NCBI GenBank assembly: GCA_963827655.1
Contig: CAWHCF010000023.1
Location: forward strand, 192,001 to 256,000
Direction of reading: 5' to 3'
DNA length: 64,000 bases
Source: an uncultured Acidobacteriota bacterium
Lineage (GTDB): Bacteria > Acidobacteriota > UBA6911
Below, in pieces: positions 10,440 through 19,994 of the stretch (the first letter of the stretch is position 1; each line of letters starts with the position of its first letter). Below the pieces are notes generated by a model. The model was not told where the DNA came from. It searched no databases and saw only the letters and a program-made list of their open reading frames with translations. Position numbers and translations under genes: made by a program.

Positions 10440-12131
10440 AGAAAGTGTGAGAAAATTAGTGTCTGTGAGCGCTATATATTTAACATCTTTTTTTTCTCTT
10501 TGCGGGAGTAGCGAGACAGAGATGAGGGTCAGACAGCCGCAGCGTTGAGGGAAGGTTCAGCATAGAAGAACGGTGATAACCGTGGTCGGTAGAGCTGAGG
10601 CTTCTTAAGCTGCGTACAACCTGCTGGACTCTCCAGCGCAGCCGAATCCACTGCTGAATGTTGTAGGTCAGACAAGCCACATCCCTTCGATCGTGACTTT
10701 GATTAGCCACGCAAGCGGAATTGCCGCAGACCAATTTGCTCTTCAACCATGCATTGGGAACTCGCACTGGGCCGTTGACGGTAAATCGTTTTGCTCCGTC
10801 CATTGCCTAAAGCAGCGACTGCAGGAGCCAGTTCAGTGCGCTAATAGCGCGCCCTCGCTGAGCCTCGGGACAACACTGTTTTAAAAGCACAAGTTAGACG
10901 ATCGATGCCACAGCCTGATAGCTATAGCGTATCCTTCCCCGGTTCCTTCAAAGGTAGGTTAGAGTCTTACCCGCTGGGCAAATGTAACGATCGCTGGATG
11001 CTTCATAAATGAAAAACTCTGGCAGAAATTCCGGAGCATGCCGCGTGTTCAAAGTGTCCCGCAGAAACTCTTGTCTGCGCAAACGCTCCGATCAAATCGA
11101 TCCCTTTGTCGCTCATCGCCAGGATCGTTTCTCCGGTCGTAAAAGCCCCGTCCACAACCACCTGTGTCGGTAAGTTGCGTACGTTTTCTTGATCGCTCGA
11201 TGGCTTTAACCGACTGCCCTGATGACTGCCCTTGTCACCCCCACCCCCACGATAACCCGGCGGCAGCATCGGTCAAACTGTACGTGATAGCACGGCGCTA
11301 ATCCTCCGTCTGATTGCTACATGATCCGCGCCTCGGGGTCGCTCTCGCTCACTCTGGCTTCCTTCTTAGCTTCCGCTCCCTCCTTACGTGCCCGAATCTT
11401 TTCCAGTTCCTCTACGGCCGACTCCAAATGCGCCTGCGCCTCTTGCGCTCGGTGCGCGCTTTTACCACGCGAACCGTCATCTCCTCTTCCGACACTTCCT
11501 CCAGCGCCTTCACTTGTGCCCGAGCTAATCGTAGATGGGTCTGGACCCGCGACTGTCGGCGAAAACTCTGCCCGGATGCGCGGGCTATCATTCGTCCCGT
11601 CATGCATCACTCGTTGCAACGTGACTAGCCCTTCCGAGCTTAGTACTCCCGAAACCTGCACAAATAGCTCTCTCAAGGCCTCCTGATGGTCCACCGGAAA
11701 ATCCGACAAGCTGTGGTAATTGACGGGCTCCATGGCCGTCAGCCATTGATACGCCGGATGGTAGCTGCATAACCGTGAGATCTCTCGCGCCGAACTCACC
11801 CCTTCGCTGTAGCCATAGAACCACAGACTGATCATTAAAATTGGATCCAGAGCCGGTCGCCCGGCTACCCCTGCCACGGCTTCTATCTCTCGGTAGAACC
11901 GGCTCAGATCCAATCGCCCTACCAAGTGCCAAAGCGCTCGCACTGGGTGATCCGCTTCCACCAACTCCTCCACGTTTACTGGTCGCATCAACATTTGTCG
12001 GCGATTAATTACCTTCATCCTCGGCGTGCCGCGAGATTCTTCGCTCAATTCCTCCTCCCTCATTGCGGTTGTTAATCAATGAGAGATATATTCCTTCAGT
12101 GTGCATTCGTTTGAATTTTTTAACAGCTTCT
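10440..12131 (-). mobile_element. IS1182-family insertion sequence, degraded
   Basis: Imperfect IRs AGAAAGTGTGAGAAAATT and (rc) AGAAGCTGTTAAAAAATT; lower GC than flanks; contains a DUF772-type transposase. Confidence 0.82.
10480..12063 (-). pseudogene. IS1182-family transposase, fragmented
   Basis: EELVEADHPVRALW...GRPALDPILMISLWFYGYSEGVSSAREI..., HDGT, SESDPEARIM; continuation broken over several frames (e.g. VVVDGAFTTGE in ORF 11003-11269). Confidence 0.78.
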
Positions 12132-12275
12132 CAGGGCGGGGTTTGCGAAACGCCCCGGCCACGAGGTCCGAAGGACCGGCACTCCGGTTGAGTCGCACCT
12201 TCGGCGCTCCTTCTTAATGCACGCCTAATCCCGGCCTTACGGCCGGGCCTGCGCTCTGTCGGCCTTTCAGGCCTC
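12132..12275. repeat. Right part of a palindromic REP-like element; left part is 10403-10439, split by the IS1182
   Basis: GCCCCGCCCGAC|IS|CAGGGCGGGG rejoins a hairpin; GGCC-AAA-GGCC and GGCCTTTCAGGCC ends. Confidence 0.6.
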
Positions 12276-12373
12276 AACTTCATCACCTGCCCCCGGCCGC
12301 CAGGACCCGGCAACGTACTCCTTTAGGAATCTTCATCAATCTGCTATAAATGGAATTTTCGAGGTCTGAGACT

Positions 12374-13642
12374 ATGGTTTCCAGACGTGTATTTCTCGGC
12401 ATTGCGGTGACTGCGCTCAACCGAAGAGTCCTAGCCGCGCAGAGCCCGAACAACCAGATCGTTCTGGGAATGATCGGCGTGGGCGGCATGGGAACGGCTC
12501 GGCTGAAGGAGTTCATGAAGCAGCAGGACGTTCGGATCGCGGCCGTCTGCGACGTGGACCGGCGCCATCTCGACCGCGCCGCGGCCGCCGTTGAAAAATC
12601 GGGCCGGCCAAAGCCGAAGGACTTCGGTGACTACCGCCGCCTGCTCGATTTGAAAGAAGTCGACGCGGTCGTAATCGTCACTCCGGACCACTGGCACGCG
12701 ATCCCGGCGGTTCACGCCTTCAAGGCCGGCAAAGACGTATTCGTCGAGAAACCGCTCAGCTACAGCGTCGCCGAAGGGCGCGCAATGGCCGACGCGTCGC
12801 TCCAGTACAAGCGCGTCAGCCAGATGGGTAACCACATCCACAACGACTTGCCGAACTATCGCCGCGCCGTCGAACTGGTGAAATCCGGAAAGCTGGGCAA
12901 GATTACGCGCGTCCAGTGCTGGAAAACGTCGCCGACGCGGTCTTCCAGCAGGGAGGCACCGGCGAACTGTCCGCCGGAGCTCGACTACGACTTCTGGCTC
13001 GGGCCAGCTCCGAAGCGACCTTACCATCCACTCCGCAGCCACAGTACTTTCCGCCAGTTCTGGGACTATTCGGGCGGGACGTTCATCGACTTCTGGTGCC
13101 ACATCGTCGACGTGGCCATGTGGGCACTCGACCTGAAGGCGCCGCTCAGCATGTCGGCAGTGGGCGGGCGCTTTTTTCTCACGGACGAGACCGAGACACC
13201 GGATACTCTGGAAGCGACTGTCGAATACCCAAACCTGGTCTTTACGTTCAGCTTCCGTCCGACGCCGCTACCCGGATTCGAGCACATGGGGCAAATCGGG
13301 TGCCTGTTCGAAGGAACCGAGGCGTCGCTGGTGGTCAACTACGAGAAGCAGGAGGTGTGGGTGCGCGGCAAGCGGGCCGACGATTTCCCGCGGCCCGATC
13401 GATCGATTCCCGATTCACCCGGCCATATCCGCGAGTTCCTCGAAGCCATCAAGACGCGAAACCTCGAGACGACCTGCAACGTGCGCTACGGTCACAGATT
13501 GACCAAGGTCGGACTCCTGTGCAACATCGCCTTTCGCACCGGCAGCCGCATCACCTGGGACGACGAACAGGAGCGCATCGTCGGCAACAGCAGCGCGAGC
13601 CCCTATCTGAGCCGCGACTTTCGCAAGCCGTGGACGCTCTAA
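12374..13642 (+). CDS. Gfo/Idh/MocA family oxidoreductase with Tat-like leader
   Basis: SRRVFL, IGVGGMG, TPDHWH, FVEKP, YDFWLGPAP. Confidence 0.92.
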   Translation: MVSRRVFLGIAVTALNRRVLAAQSPNNQIVLGMIGVGGMGTARLKEFMKQQDVRIAAVCDVDRRHLDRAAAAVEKSGRPKPKDFGDYRRLLDLKEVDAVVIVTPDHWHAIPAVHAFKAGKDVFVEKPLSYSVAEGRAMADASLQYKRVSQMGNHIHNDLPNYRRAVELVKSGKLGKITRVQCWKTSPTRSSSREAPANCPPELDYDFWLGPAPKRPYHPLRSHSTFRQFWDYSGGTFIDFWCHIVDVAMWALDLKAPLSMSAVGGRFFLTDETETPDTLEATVEYPNLVFTFSFRPTPLPGFEHMGQIGCLFEGTEASLVVNYEKQEVWVRGKRADDFPRPDRSIPDSPGHIREFLEAIKTRNLETTCNVRYGHRLTKVGLLCNIAFRTGSRITWDDEQERIVGNSSASPYLSRDFRKPWTL

Positions 13643-13663
13643 CCGCGAAAAAAGGGAGCGAGC

Positions 13664-14332
13664 ATGAAACGCAATCTCCTGTCCCTTATCCTCACACTCG
13701 GCGGCCTGGTCCTCGCCGTTCCTCCCGCCCCTGGCAAGGACAACACTCCGCCGCCCGGGTTCAAGGCTCTATTTAATGGCAAGGACCTCCAGGGATGGCA
13801 GGGCCTGGTCGAACTGCCGCAGCGCGCGAAACTCACCAAGGAGGAATTCGAGGTCAAACAGAAGGAGGCCAACGAAAAGTACCTCCCGCACTGGACGGTG
13901 CGCGACGGCGTGCTCTACTACGACGGCAAGGGACAGAGCCTCCAGACTGCCCGGGACTACGACGACTTCGAGCTCTGGGTCGACTGGAGAATTGGCCCGA
14001 AGGGCGACACCGGGATCTATCTGCGCGGCAATCCCCAGGTGCAGATCTGGGATCGTCCGGTCGGCTCCGGCGGGCTCTTCAATAACCAGAAGAATCCTAA
14101 GGACCCGCTCAAAAATGCCGACAAACCGGTAGGCGAGTGGAACACTTTCCGGATTACGATGCGTGGAGACACGGTGAGCATCTGGCTCAATGGCGAGCTG
14201 GTGGTCGATAAGGTGACTATGGAGAACTACTGGGAGCGCGGCAAGCCGCTGCCGTCCCAGGGCCCGATCGAGCTGCAGCACCACGGCAATCCAATCGAGT
14301 TCAAGAACATCTACATCAAAGAGCTCAAGTAA
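13664..14332 (+). CDS. DUF1080 (3-keto-disaccharide hydrolase-like) secreted protein
   Basis: LFNGKDLQGW, DTGIYLRG, GEWNTFRI, IELQHHG..IEFKNIYIKEL. Confidence 0.9.
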   Translation: MKRNLLSLILTLGGLVLAVPPAPGKDNTPPPGFKALFNGKDLQGWQGLVELPQRAKLTKEEFEVKQKEANEKYLPHWTVRDGVLYYDGKGQSLQTARDYDDFELWVDWRIGPKGDTGIYLRGNPQVQIWDRPVGSGGLFNNQKNPKDPLKNADKPVGEWNTFRITMRGDTVSIWLNGELVVDKVTMENYWERGKPLPSQGPIELQHHGNPIEFKNIYIKELK

Positions 14333-14334
14333 AC

Positions 14335-15459
14335 ATGAGAGGGTCGATTCAGGCATTCCGCCTGGGGACCATGGTCGCAGCCTTGTCGTTCGCCGAGGCC
14401 GGCCTGCGCGCAGACGACTTTGCGCCCTTGTTTAACGGACGGGACCTGTCGGGGTGGGTCGAGATGGGAAAGCCCGGCGGGTTTGTGGTTGAGGAGGGCA
14501 CGCTGCTCCTCAAGACGCCGCAGAACTACCCCAACTGGCTCCGCACCGAGAAGGAATACGAGAACTTCGTCCTCCGGCTCGAATACCGGATGAGCGGGTG
14601 GTGCGAGACCGGCCTTTTCCTGCACGCTCCCCTTTACGGCGACCTCGCCGAGAGCGGCCTTCGCATCCACTTGCGGCACGACCGCACCGAGGAGGGGAGT
14701 CGCTCGACCGGCGGGATCTACGACGTCGCGCCGCCGCTTACCCTGGCGAATAAACCGATCAATGAATGGAATGCTCTCGAAATCCACATGGACTGGCCAG
14801 TCCTTCGGGTCAAGCTGAACGACGTGCTGATCCAGGACGTGAACCTCGAGGTCTCGGATGCCCTGCGGGGGAAGGCCCGGCGCGGCTACATCGGGCTCGA
14901 CGATCTGAACTGCCGCATCCGGTATCGTAACCTTCAAATCCGCGAACTCCCCAACAAGGATCGGAAGTGGACTTCGCTGTCCAATGGGAAGGACCTGAAG
15001 GGCTGGACGAGCGAGGGGAAGGTCCAATGGTTAGTAGAAGACGGAAAGATCGTCGGGAGCAACGGCGACGGGTTTCTGTTCACCGAGGAGTCGTTCGGCG
15101 CGTTCGAGTTCAAAACTTACTTCCGCACCACCGTCCATGCCAACGGCGGCGTGCTCTTTCGACGGTCGAGCGCGAACCGCGGGGGCTACGAGATCCAGAT
15201 CTACAATCAGCCGGGCGCAACCAACCCCACCGGCAGTATCTATGGGCGCGCGGGCGCCACGGCGGTCCCGTGCCGCGACGGTGAGTGGTGCGAGCTGCGG
15301 TTCATTTCCGACGGCGCCTACACGGGCGTGTGGGTCAACGGGAAAAAGGTCGCGGAATCGCACAGCCTCCAGCTGCCCGACCAGGGTCGAATCGGATTCC
15401 AGATGCACAGCGAGGGTCGGGTCGAGTACCTCGACCCGAAGATCCGCTCGCTGCGCTGA
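14335..15459 (+). CDS. Tandem DUF1080 domain protein
   Basis: Two NGxDLxGW repeats, YEIQI, GFQMH. Confidence 0.88.
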   Translation: MRGSIQAFRLGTMVAALSFAEAGLRADDFAPLFNGRDLSGWVEMGKPGGFVVEEGTLLLKTPQNYPNWLRTEKEYENFVLRLEYRMSGWCETGLFLHAPLYGDLAESGLRIHLRHDRTEEGSRSTGGIYDVAPPLTLANKPINEWNALEIHMDWPVLRVKLNDVLIQDVNLEVSDALRGKARRGYIGLDDLNCRIRYRNLQIRELPNKDRKWTSLSNGKDLKGWTSEGKVQWLVEDGKIVGSNGDGFLFTEESFGAFEFKTYFRTTVHANGGVLFRRSSANRGGYEIQIYNQPGATNPTGSIYGRAGATAVPCRDGEWCELRFISDGAYTGVWVNGKKVAESHSLQLPDQGRIGFQMHSEGRVEYLDPKIRSLR

Positions 15460-15487
15460 TCGCTTCAACGCGGAGAAGGAGATTGAT

Positions 15488-15934
15488 ATGATCATCGGCG
15501 CGCATTCGATCATCTACAGCACGAATCCCGACGCCGACCGCGCATTCCTGCGCGATGTGCTCAAGCTGACCAACGTCGATGTGGGCGGAGGATGGCTGAT
15601 CTTCGGATTGCCGCCGGCGGAGGTTGCCGTACATCCGTCCGACGAGAACGACGTGCACGAGTTCTATCTGATGTGCGATGACGTCCAGTCGCTCACCGCG
15701 GAAATGCAGAAACACGATATCGTTTGCAGCCCGGTGCAGGAGCAGGACTGGGGTTTGCTCACGCAGATCACGCTGCCGGGCGGTGGCAAGCTCGGCATCT
15801 ACCAGCCGCGCCACGCGCGGCCGAAGTCGATGAGCGCGGGAAAGACGGCGACGAGACCTGCGAAGCGCGCGACGGCCAGACGCGCGAAAAAAACCGCCAG
15901 AAAGACACCGAAGAAGAAGGCAAGACGACGGTAA
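15488..15934 (+). CDS. VOC/glyoxalase-family protein with Lys/Arg-rich tail
   Basis: MIIGAHSIIYS...FLRDVL...GWLIFGLPPAEVAVHP...YQPRH; GAAGGAG RBS. Confidence 0.82.
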   Translation: MIIGAHSIIYSTNPDADRAFLRDVLKLTNVDVGGGWLIFGLPPAEVAVHPSDENDVHEFYLMCDDVQSLTAEMQKHDIVCSPVQEQDWGLLTQITLPGGGKLGIYQPRHARPKSMSAGKTATRPAKRATARRAKKTARKTPKKKARRR

Positions 15935-16030
15935 TTCTGCCTGCGATTGACGGAATCGGTATCGCCGTGACTTGGCGTCTTCGTGGTATTTGTTTCTCAG
16001 CGCTAACCACGAAGACTCGAAGACGCTACT

Positions 16031-17215
16031 TCAACGATTGGCCGACATCACGATCAGTGTGGCATCGTCGTGAAACTTGCCTCCACTGAATTCGACCACG
16101 TCTGCCATGACCCTCTTCCGCAGGTCGATCGCTCGAAGATGCTTGTTTTCTTCCAGGAAGGCCATCAGACGCTCTTCTCCGAACTCCTCTTCCATAACAT
16201 TGGTGGCCTCCGTTACGCCGTCGGTGAAGAGCACGATCCGGTCGCCAGGTAAGAGGTCTACCTCCCGCTGCTCGTAGTTCCATTCTCTGAATACTCCGAG
16301 CACAGATCCACCTTCCTGCAGGCGGCTGTGAGCGCTCGTACGCCTGAGAACCACGGGTGCATTGTGGCCGGCATTGGTGTAAACCAGTTTCCTCCTTTTC
16401 GAATCGTAGAGGCCGTAGAAAAACGTGATGAACCGGTTGGCTGAAATGTTGCTGCAAATGACCCGATTGACCTTGGAGCAGAGTTCTTTGGGCTGCATCA
16501 ATTCCGACGCAAAAGCTTTGACCGCAGCTTGAAGATTAGACATCAGTAACGCCGCGGGCATCCCTTTGCCGGCAACGTCCGCAACGCACAGCGCAACGGC
16601 GCTCGAACCGAACTTCAGCACATCAAAGTAGTCGCCGCCCACCGCGCTGGCCGGCTGCCATGCGCCGGATATTTCATGATCAGGAATCTGAGGAATATCC
16701 TTGGGCAGCAGCCCCAGCTGGATCTCCCGCGCCTCCTGATACTCGCGTTCCTGCCAGAACTTTTTCTCCTTTTCCAGCCGAAGTCTTTCTCTCAGAGCGC
16801 GGCCTTCTTCGACGTGAGTTCGGAGCAGAACGAGAAGTTTTTCGTTCTCCCAGGGCTTCTGAACGAAATCACGCACGCCGCGCTGCATGGCTTCCACCGC
16901 GAGTTCTACGCTACCCCAACCTGTCATCACTATTATGGGAAGCGCGCGGTCCAGGACCTGGATATGGGAGAGCAGATCCAGCCCTTCCTGGCCCGACGTC
17001 GTATCTCGAGCGTAGTTGAGGTCCATCAAAAGGAGATCGAACTGCTTCGACTTCAGGGCCTCGAGCAGCGCGGCCGGAGAAGTGACCCCTTCCGTTTGAT
17101 AGCCTGCGCCCTTGAGTAAGAGGCGAAGGGCTTCCAATACTTCCGGCTGGTCATCGGCGATGAGTGTTCGTGGCGCCGTAGAAGAAGAGCTCCTGAGTTC
17201 AATCGTTTCCATCAT
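16031..17215 (-). CDS. Receiver domain + PP2C/SpoIIE phosphatase (RsbU-like)
   Basis: LIADD...LMDLNY...KP receiver; VGGDYFD, DVAGKG, FTDGVTE, DDAT. Confidence 0.92.
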   Translation of the reverse strand: MMETIELRSSSSTAPRTLIADDQPEVLEALRLLLKGAGYQTEGVTSPAALLEALKSKQFDLLLMDLNYARDTTSGQEGLDLLSHIQVLDRALPIIVMTGWGSVELAVEAMQRGVRDFVQKPWENEKLLVLLRTHVEEGRALRERLRLEKEKKFWQEREYQEAREIQLGLLPKDIPQIPDHEISGAWQPASAVGGDYFDVLKFGSSAVALCVADVAGKGMPAALLMSNLQAAVKAFASELMQPKELCSKVNRVICSNISANRFITFFYGLYDSKRRKLVYTNAGHNAPVVLRRTSAHSRLQEGGSVLGVFREWNYEQREVDLLPGDRIVLFTDGVTEATNVMEEEFGEERLMAFLEENKHLRAIDLRKRVMADVVEFSGGKFHDDATLIVMSANR

Positions 17216-17288
17216 CCCAATCCCTGGGTCCGACCCGCGTTTCTCTGCCTCCGCGCGACCTGGCGGAGAGGTGAACGCGCGCCGGAAT

Positions 17289-19772
17289 TTACTGGTAGCG
17301 CAGGGCGATCATCGGATCGACCCTGGTGGCTCTTCGGGCCGGGACGTAGCACGCCGCGAGCGCCACACCGGTGAGCAGCAGCGCCACGGCGGCAAATATC
17401 GCAGGGTCGGTCGGCTTCACTCCGAACAGCAGATTCGCCACCAGGCGCGTCAGCGCGAGCGCGGCCGCCAGACCGGCGGCGACGCCAATGAGCGTCAACG
17501 TCAATCCGCGGACGAGGACAAGCCGCAGAATGTCCCGCTCGCCGGCGCCCAGCGCCATGCGGACGCCGATCTCGTGTGTGCGCTGGGCTACACTGTAAGC
17601 AATTACTCCGTAGAGGCCGACTGTTCCCAGCGCCAGTGCCAGCGCCGCGAACAGTCCGATCAGCAAAGCATTGAAGCGCGGCGTCGCCACTGCCCTCGAC
17701 AGGACGTCGGTCATCGTGCCGGCGTTCAAGATGGCCTGTTCCTTGTCCAGGTCTGACACGGCGCGCCGCACCCCACCAATCAAGCTCGTCGGATCAGACG
17801 ACGCCCGGATCACCAGAGCCAGGTCGCGGACAGGCCGCTGCAGGAACGGAGTGAACATCTCCGGCAGGGGCGCTGCTTCGAGTCCCAGATGCTTGACATC
17901 AGCCACAACCCCGACAATCTCGCGCAGACCCTGTGCGATGTCGACCTCCGGCGGACGGTTGGGGAAAAACCGCAACGACTCGAATACCAGCGCAACGCGC
18001 TTGCCGATGGGGTCCTCCGCCGGCCAGTAACGCCGCGCCATCGTTTCATTGATGATCGCCACGCGCGGAGCTTCTCTACTATCGCGCTCGGTGAATGCGC
18101 GGCCCTTCACGAGTGGAATGCCCAGCGCGCGGAAATAGTCGGACGTCACCGAACGATAATGCGCACGCCGATCGTCCTCGGCGCCGGGCGGCTTTCCTTC
18201 GATATGGATAAAGCCGCTGCTATCGAATCCGCTGAGCGGCAAGAATTCAACCGCTCCTGCGGCCTGCGCTCCCGGAAGAGTTTGAATGCGTTTCAGAAGT
18301 TCATCATAAAAAGCCGTGACTTGCTCGTTCCGGGCGTATTTCGTGCGCGAGAGATTGAGATCCACCGTGAGCACATTCTCCGGGCGGTGGAATCCCAGGC
18401 CCACATCGAGCAGGCGCAAGAAGCTCTTTCCCATCAGTCCGGCGCCGATGAGCAGGACCACGGCCAGCGCCACTTCGGAGACAACCAGCAGGTTGCGCCC
18501 CGGCGTGCGGTCCTGACGGCCTGCTGAGGGCGTTCCTTCCCTCAGCGCGTCCTGCAGATCGCGGCGCGCGCCAGCCCAGGCCGGCACAAGGCCAAAGACC
18601 AAGCCGGTTAAGAGCGACAGCCCGAATGCGTACCCCAGCACGACCCCGCTCACACCAATCTGCTCCCGCGGAACGGTGTAAACGGTGGAGAAATCCGGCG
18701 TCTGGTACGGCAAAGCGGCGAGAAAGTCCACACCCCAGAACGCCAGGATGATTCCCACGCCACCGCCCAGAAGTGAGAGCACGACGCTTTCAGTCAGCAG
18801 TTGACGCGCCAGCCGGAAACGTCCTGCGCCCAGCGCGGCGCGGATGGCAATCTCCCGGTACCTCGCTGCCGCGCGGGCCAGCAGAAGGTTCGCCACGTTG
18901 GTACAAGCAATCAGCAGGACAAAGCCGACCGCGCCAAGCAGCACCCACAATGCCATGCGCACGTTTTTCACTACCTGGTCTTTCAGCAGCACCACGCGTA
19001 TGCGCCGGCCACGATTCTCAGGATATTGTTGCTCCAGACGGCGGGCTAACACGTCCATCTCCGCCTGAGCCTGCGCCAGCGCCACCCCGGGCTTCAATCT
19101 TGCAATGACACCGAGCGAATGGACGGCTCGAGCGTAACGCCGATCGCGGAAATGATCGAGTCCCAGTGGAATCCACACCTCGGTCGGCTTGGGGAAGCTG
19201 ATGAACCGAAACTCAGGCGGAAGGACGCCGACGAGTTCGTAGCTCTCGCTGTCAAGCGAAATCGTCCTGCCAACCAATTCGGGATCGGCGTTGAACCGGC
19301 GCTTCCACAGGCTATGGCTGATTACCGCGATCCGCGGGGTGTCCGGCTCATCTTCCTCAGGCCGGAACCCGCGCCCGATGATGGGCTTGACTCGAAAAAC
19401 ATCGAAGAAGTTCGAAGAGACCAATGCCGACTGCAACTGCTCCGGTTCATCCCCCTGCGAGAGACTGACCCGGCCTGGATTTACTACAGACATGCCTTCG
19501 AAGACCTGGTTCTGACTGCGGATGTCGTTAAAGTTCGGCAGAGAGAATTGAAGCTGTTCGCGGCCCTGCTGCGGCATACTTCCCCAGAGCAACGCGAGCC
19601 GATCCGGTTCGCTGAACGGCAGCGGCCGCAGCAAGACAGCGTGCACGACACTGAACAAGGAAGTGTTGGCGCCAACCCCCAGCGCCAGCGTCACCACAGC
19701 CGCCGCGGTAACGCCGGGACTTTTCGCCAGCATGCGCACACCGTATTTCAGATCTTGCCAAAAGTTTTCCAT
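17289..19772 (-). CDS. ADOP-family duplicated ABC permease (MacB/FtsX-like)
   Basis: QDLKYGVRML, LLIACTNVANLLL, EIGVRMALGA, PARRATRVDPMIALR. Confidence 0.93.
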   Translation of the reverse strand: MENFWQDLKYGVRMLAKSPGVTAAAVVTLALGVGANTSLFSVVHAVLLRPLPFSEPDRLALLWGSMPQQGREQLQFSLPNFNDIRSQNQVFEGMSVVNPGRVSLSQGDEPEQLQSALVSSNFFDVFRVKPIIGRGFRPEEDEPDTPRIAVISHSLWKRRFNADPELVGRTISLDSESYELVGVLPPEFRFISFPKPTEVWIPLGLDHFRDRRYARAVHSLGVIARLKPGVALAQAQAEMDVLARRLEQQYPENRGRRIRVVLLKDQVVKNVRMALWVLLGAVGFVLLIACTNVANLLLARAAARYREIAIRAALGAGRFRLARQLLTESVVLSLLGGGVGIILAFWGVDFLAALPYQTPDFSTVYTVPREQIGVSGVVLGYAFGLSLLTGLVFGLVPAWAGARRDLQDALREGTPSAGRQDRTPGRNLLVVSEVALAVVLLIGAGLMGKSFLRLLDVGLGFHRPENVLTVDLNLSRTKYARNEQVTAFYDELLKRIQTLPGAQAAGAVEFLPLSGFDSSGFIHIEGKPPGAEDDRRAHYRSVTSDYFRALGIPLVKGRAFTERDSREAPRVAIINETMARRYWPAEDPIGKRVALVFESLRFFPNRPPEVDIAQGLREIVGVVADVKHLGLEAAPLPEMFTPFLQRPVRDLALVIRASSDPTSLIGGVRRAVSDLDKEQAILNAGTMTDVLSRAVATPRFNALLIGLFAALALALGTVGLYGVIAYSVAQRTHEIGVRMALGAGERDILRLVLVRGLTLTLIGVAAGLAAALALTRLVANLLFGVKPTDPAIFAAVALLLTGVALAACYVPARRATRVDPMIALRYQ

Positions 19773-19838
19773 CACTCTAACGTCCGCCTTGCCTCGAACG
19801 AATACCACCAGGACACGAAGACACGAAGAAACACCAAG

Positions 19839-19961
19839 GCAAGAGACGTACCAGGCTGATGTCTTGTCAACTGTCCGGGTTTGCGAAAGTTACCAAACGC
19901 CGCAACGCTCCTGCTTCCACCGGGTGTCCGGCTCTGGGACCGCTTTGTCCAGAATCGCACA
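19839..19961 (-). promoter_or_regulatory. sigma54 (-24/-12) promoter plus two upstream enhancer-like boxes
   Basis: Minus strand TGGTACG-tctc-TTGC (19839-19853); boxes TGTCCGGCTCTGGGAC (19925) and TGT-N10-ACA (19946-19961); same layout at 45027-45150. Confidence 0.72.
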
Positions 19962-19994
19962 CAGCGGCCGCAAGACTCCGGGCGTCTTTACACC

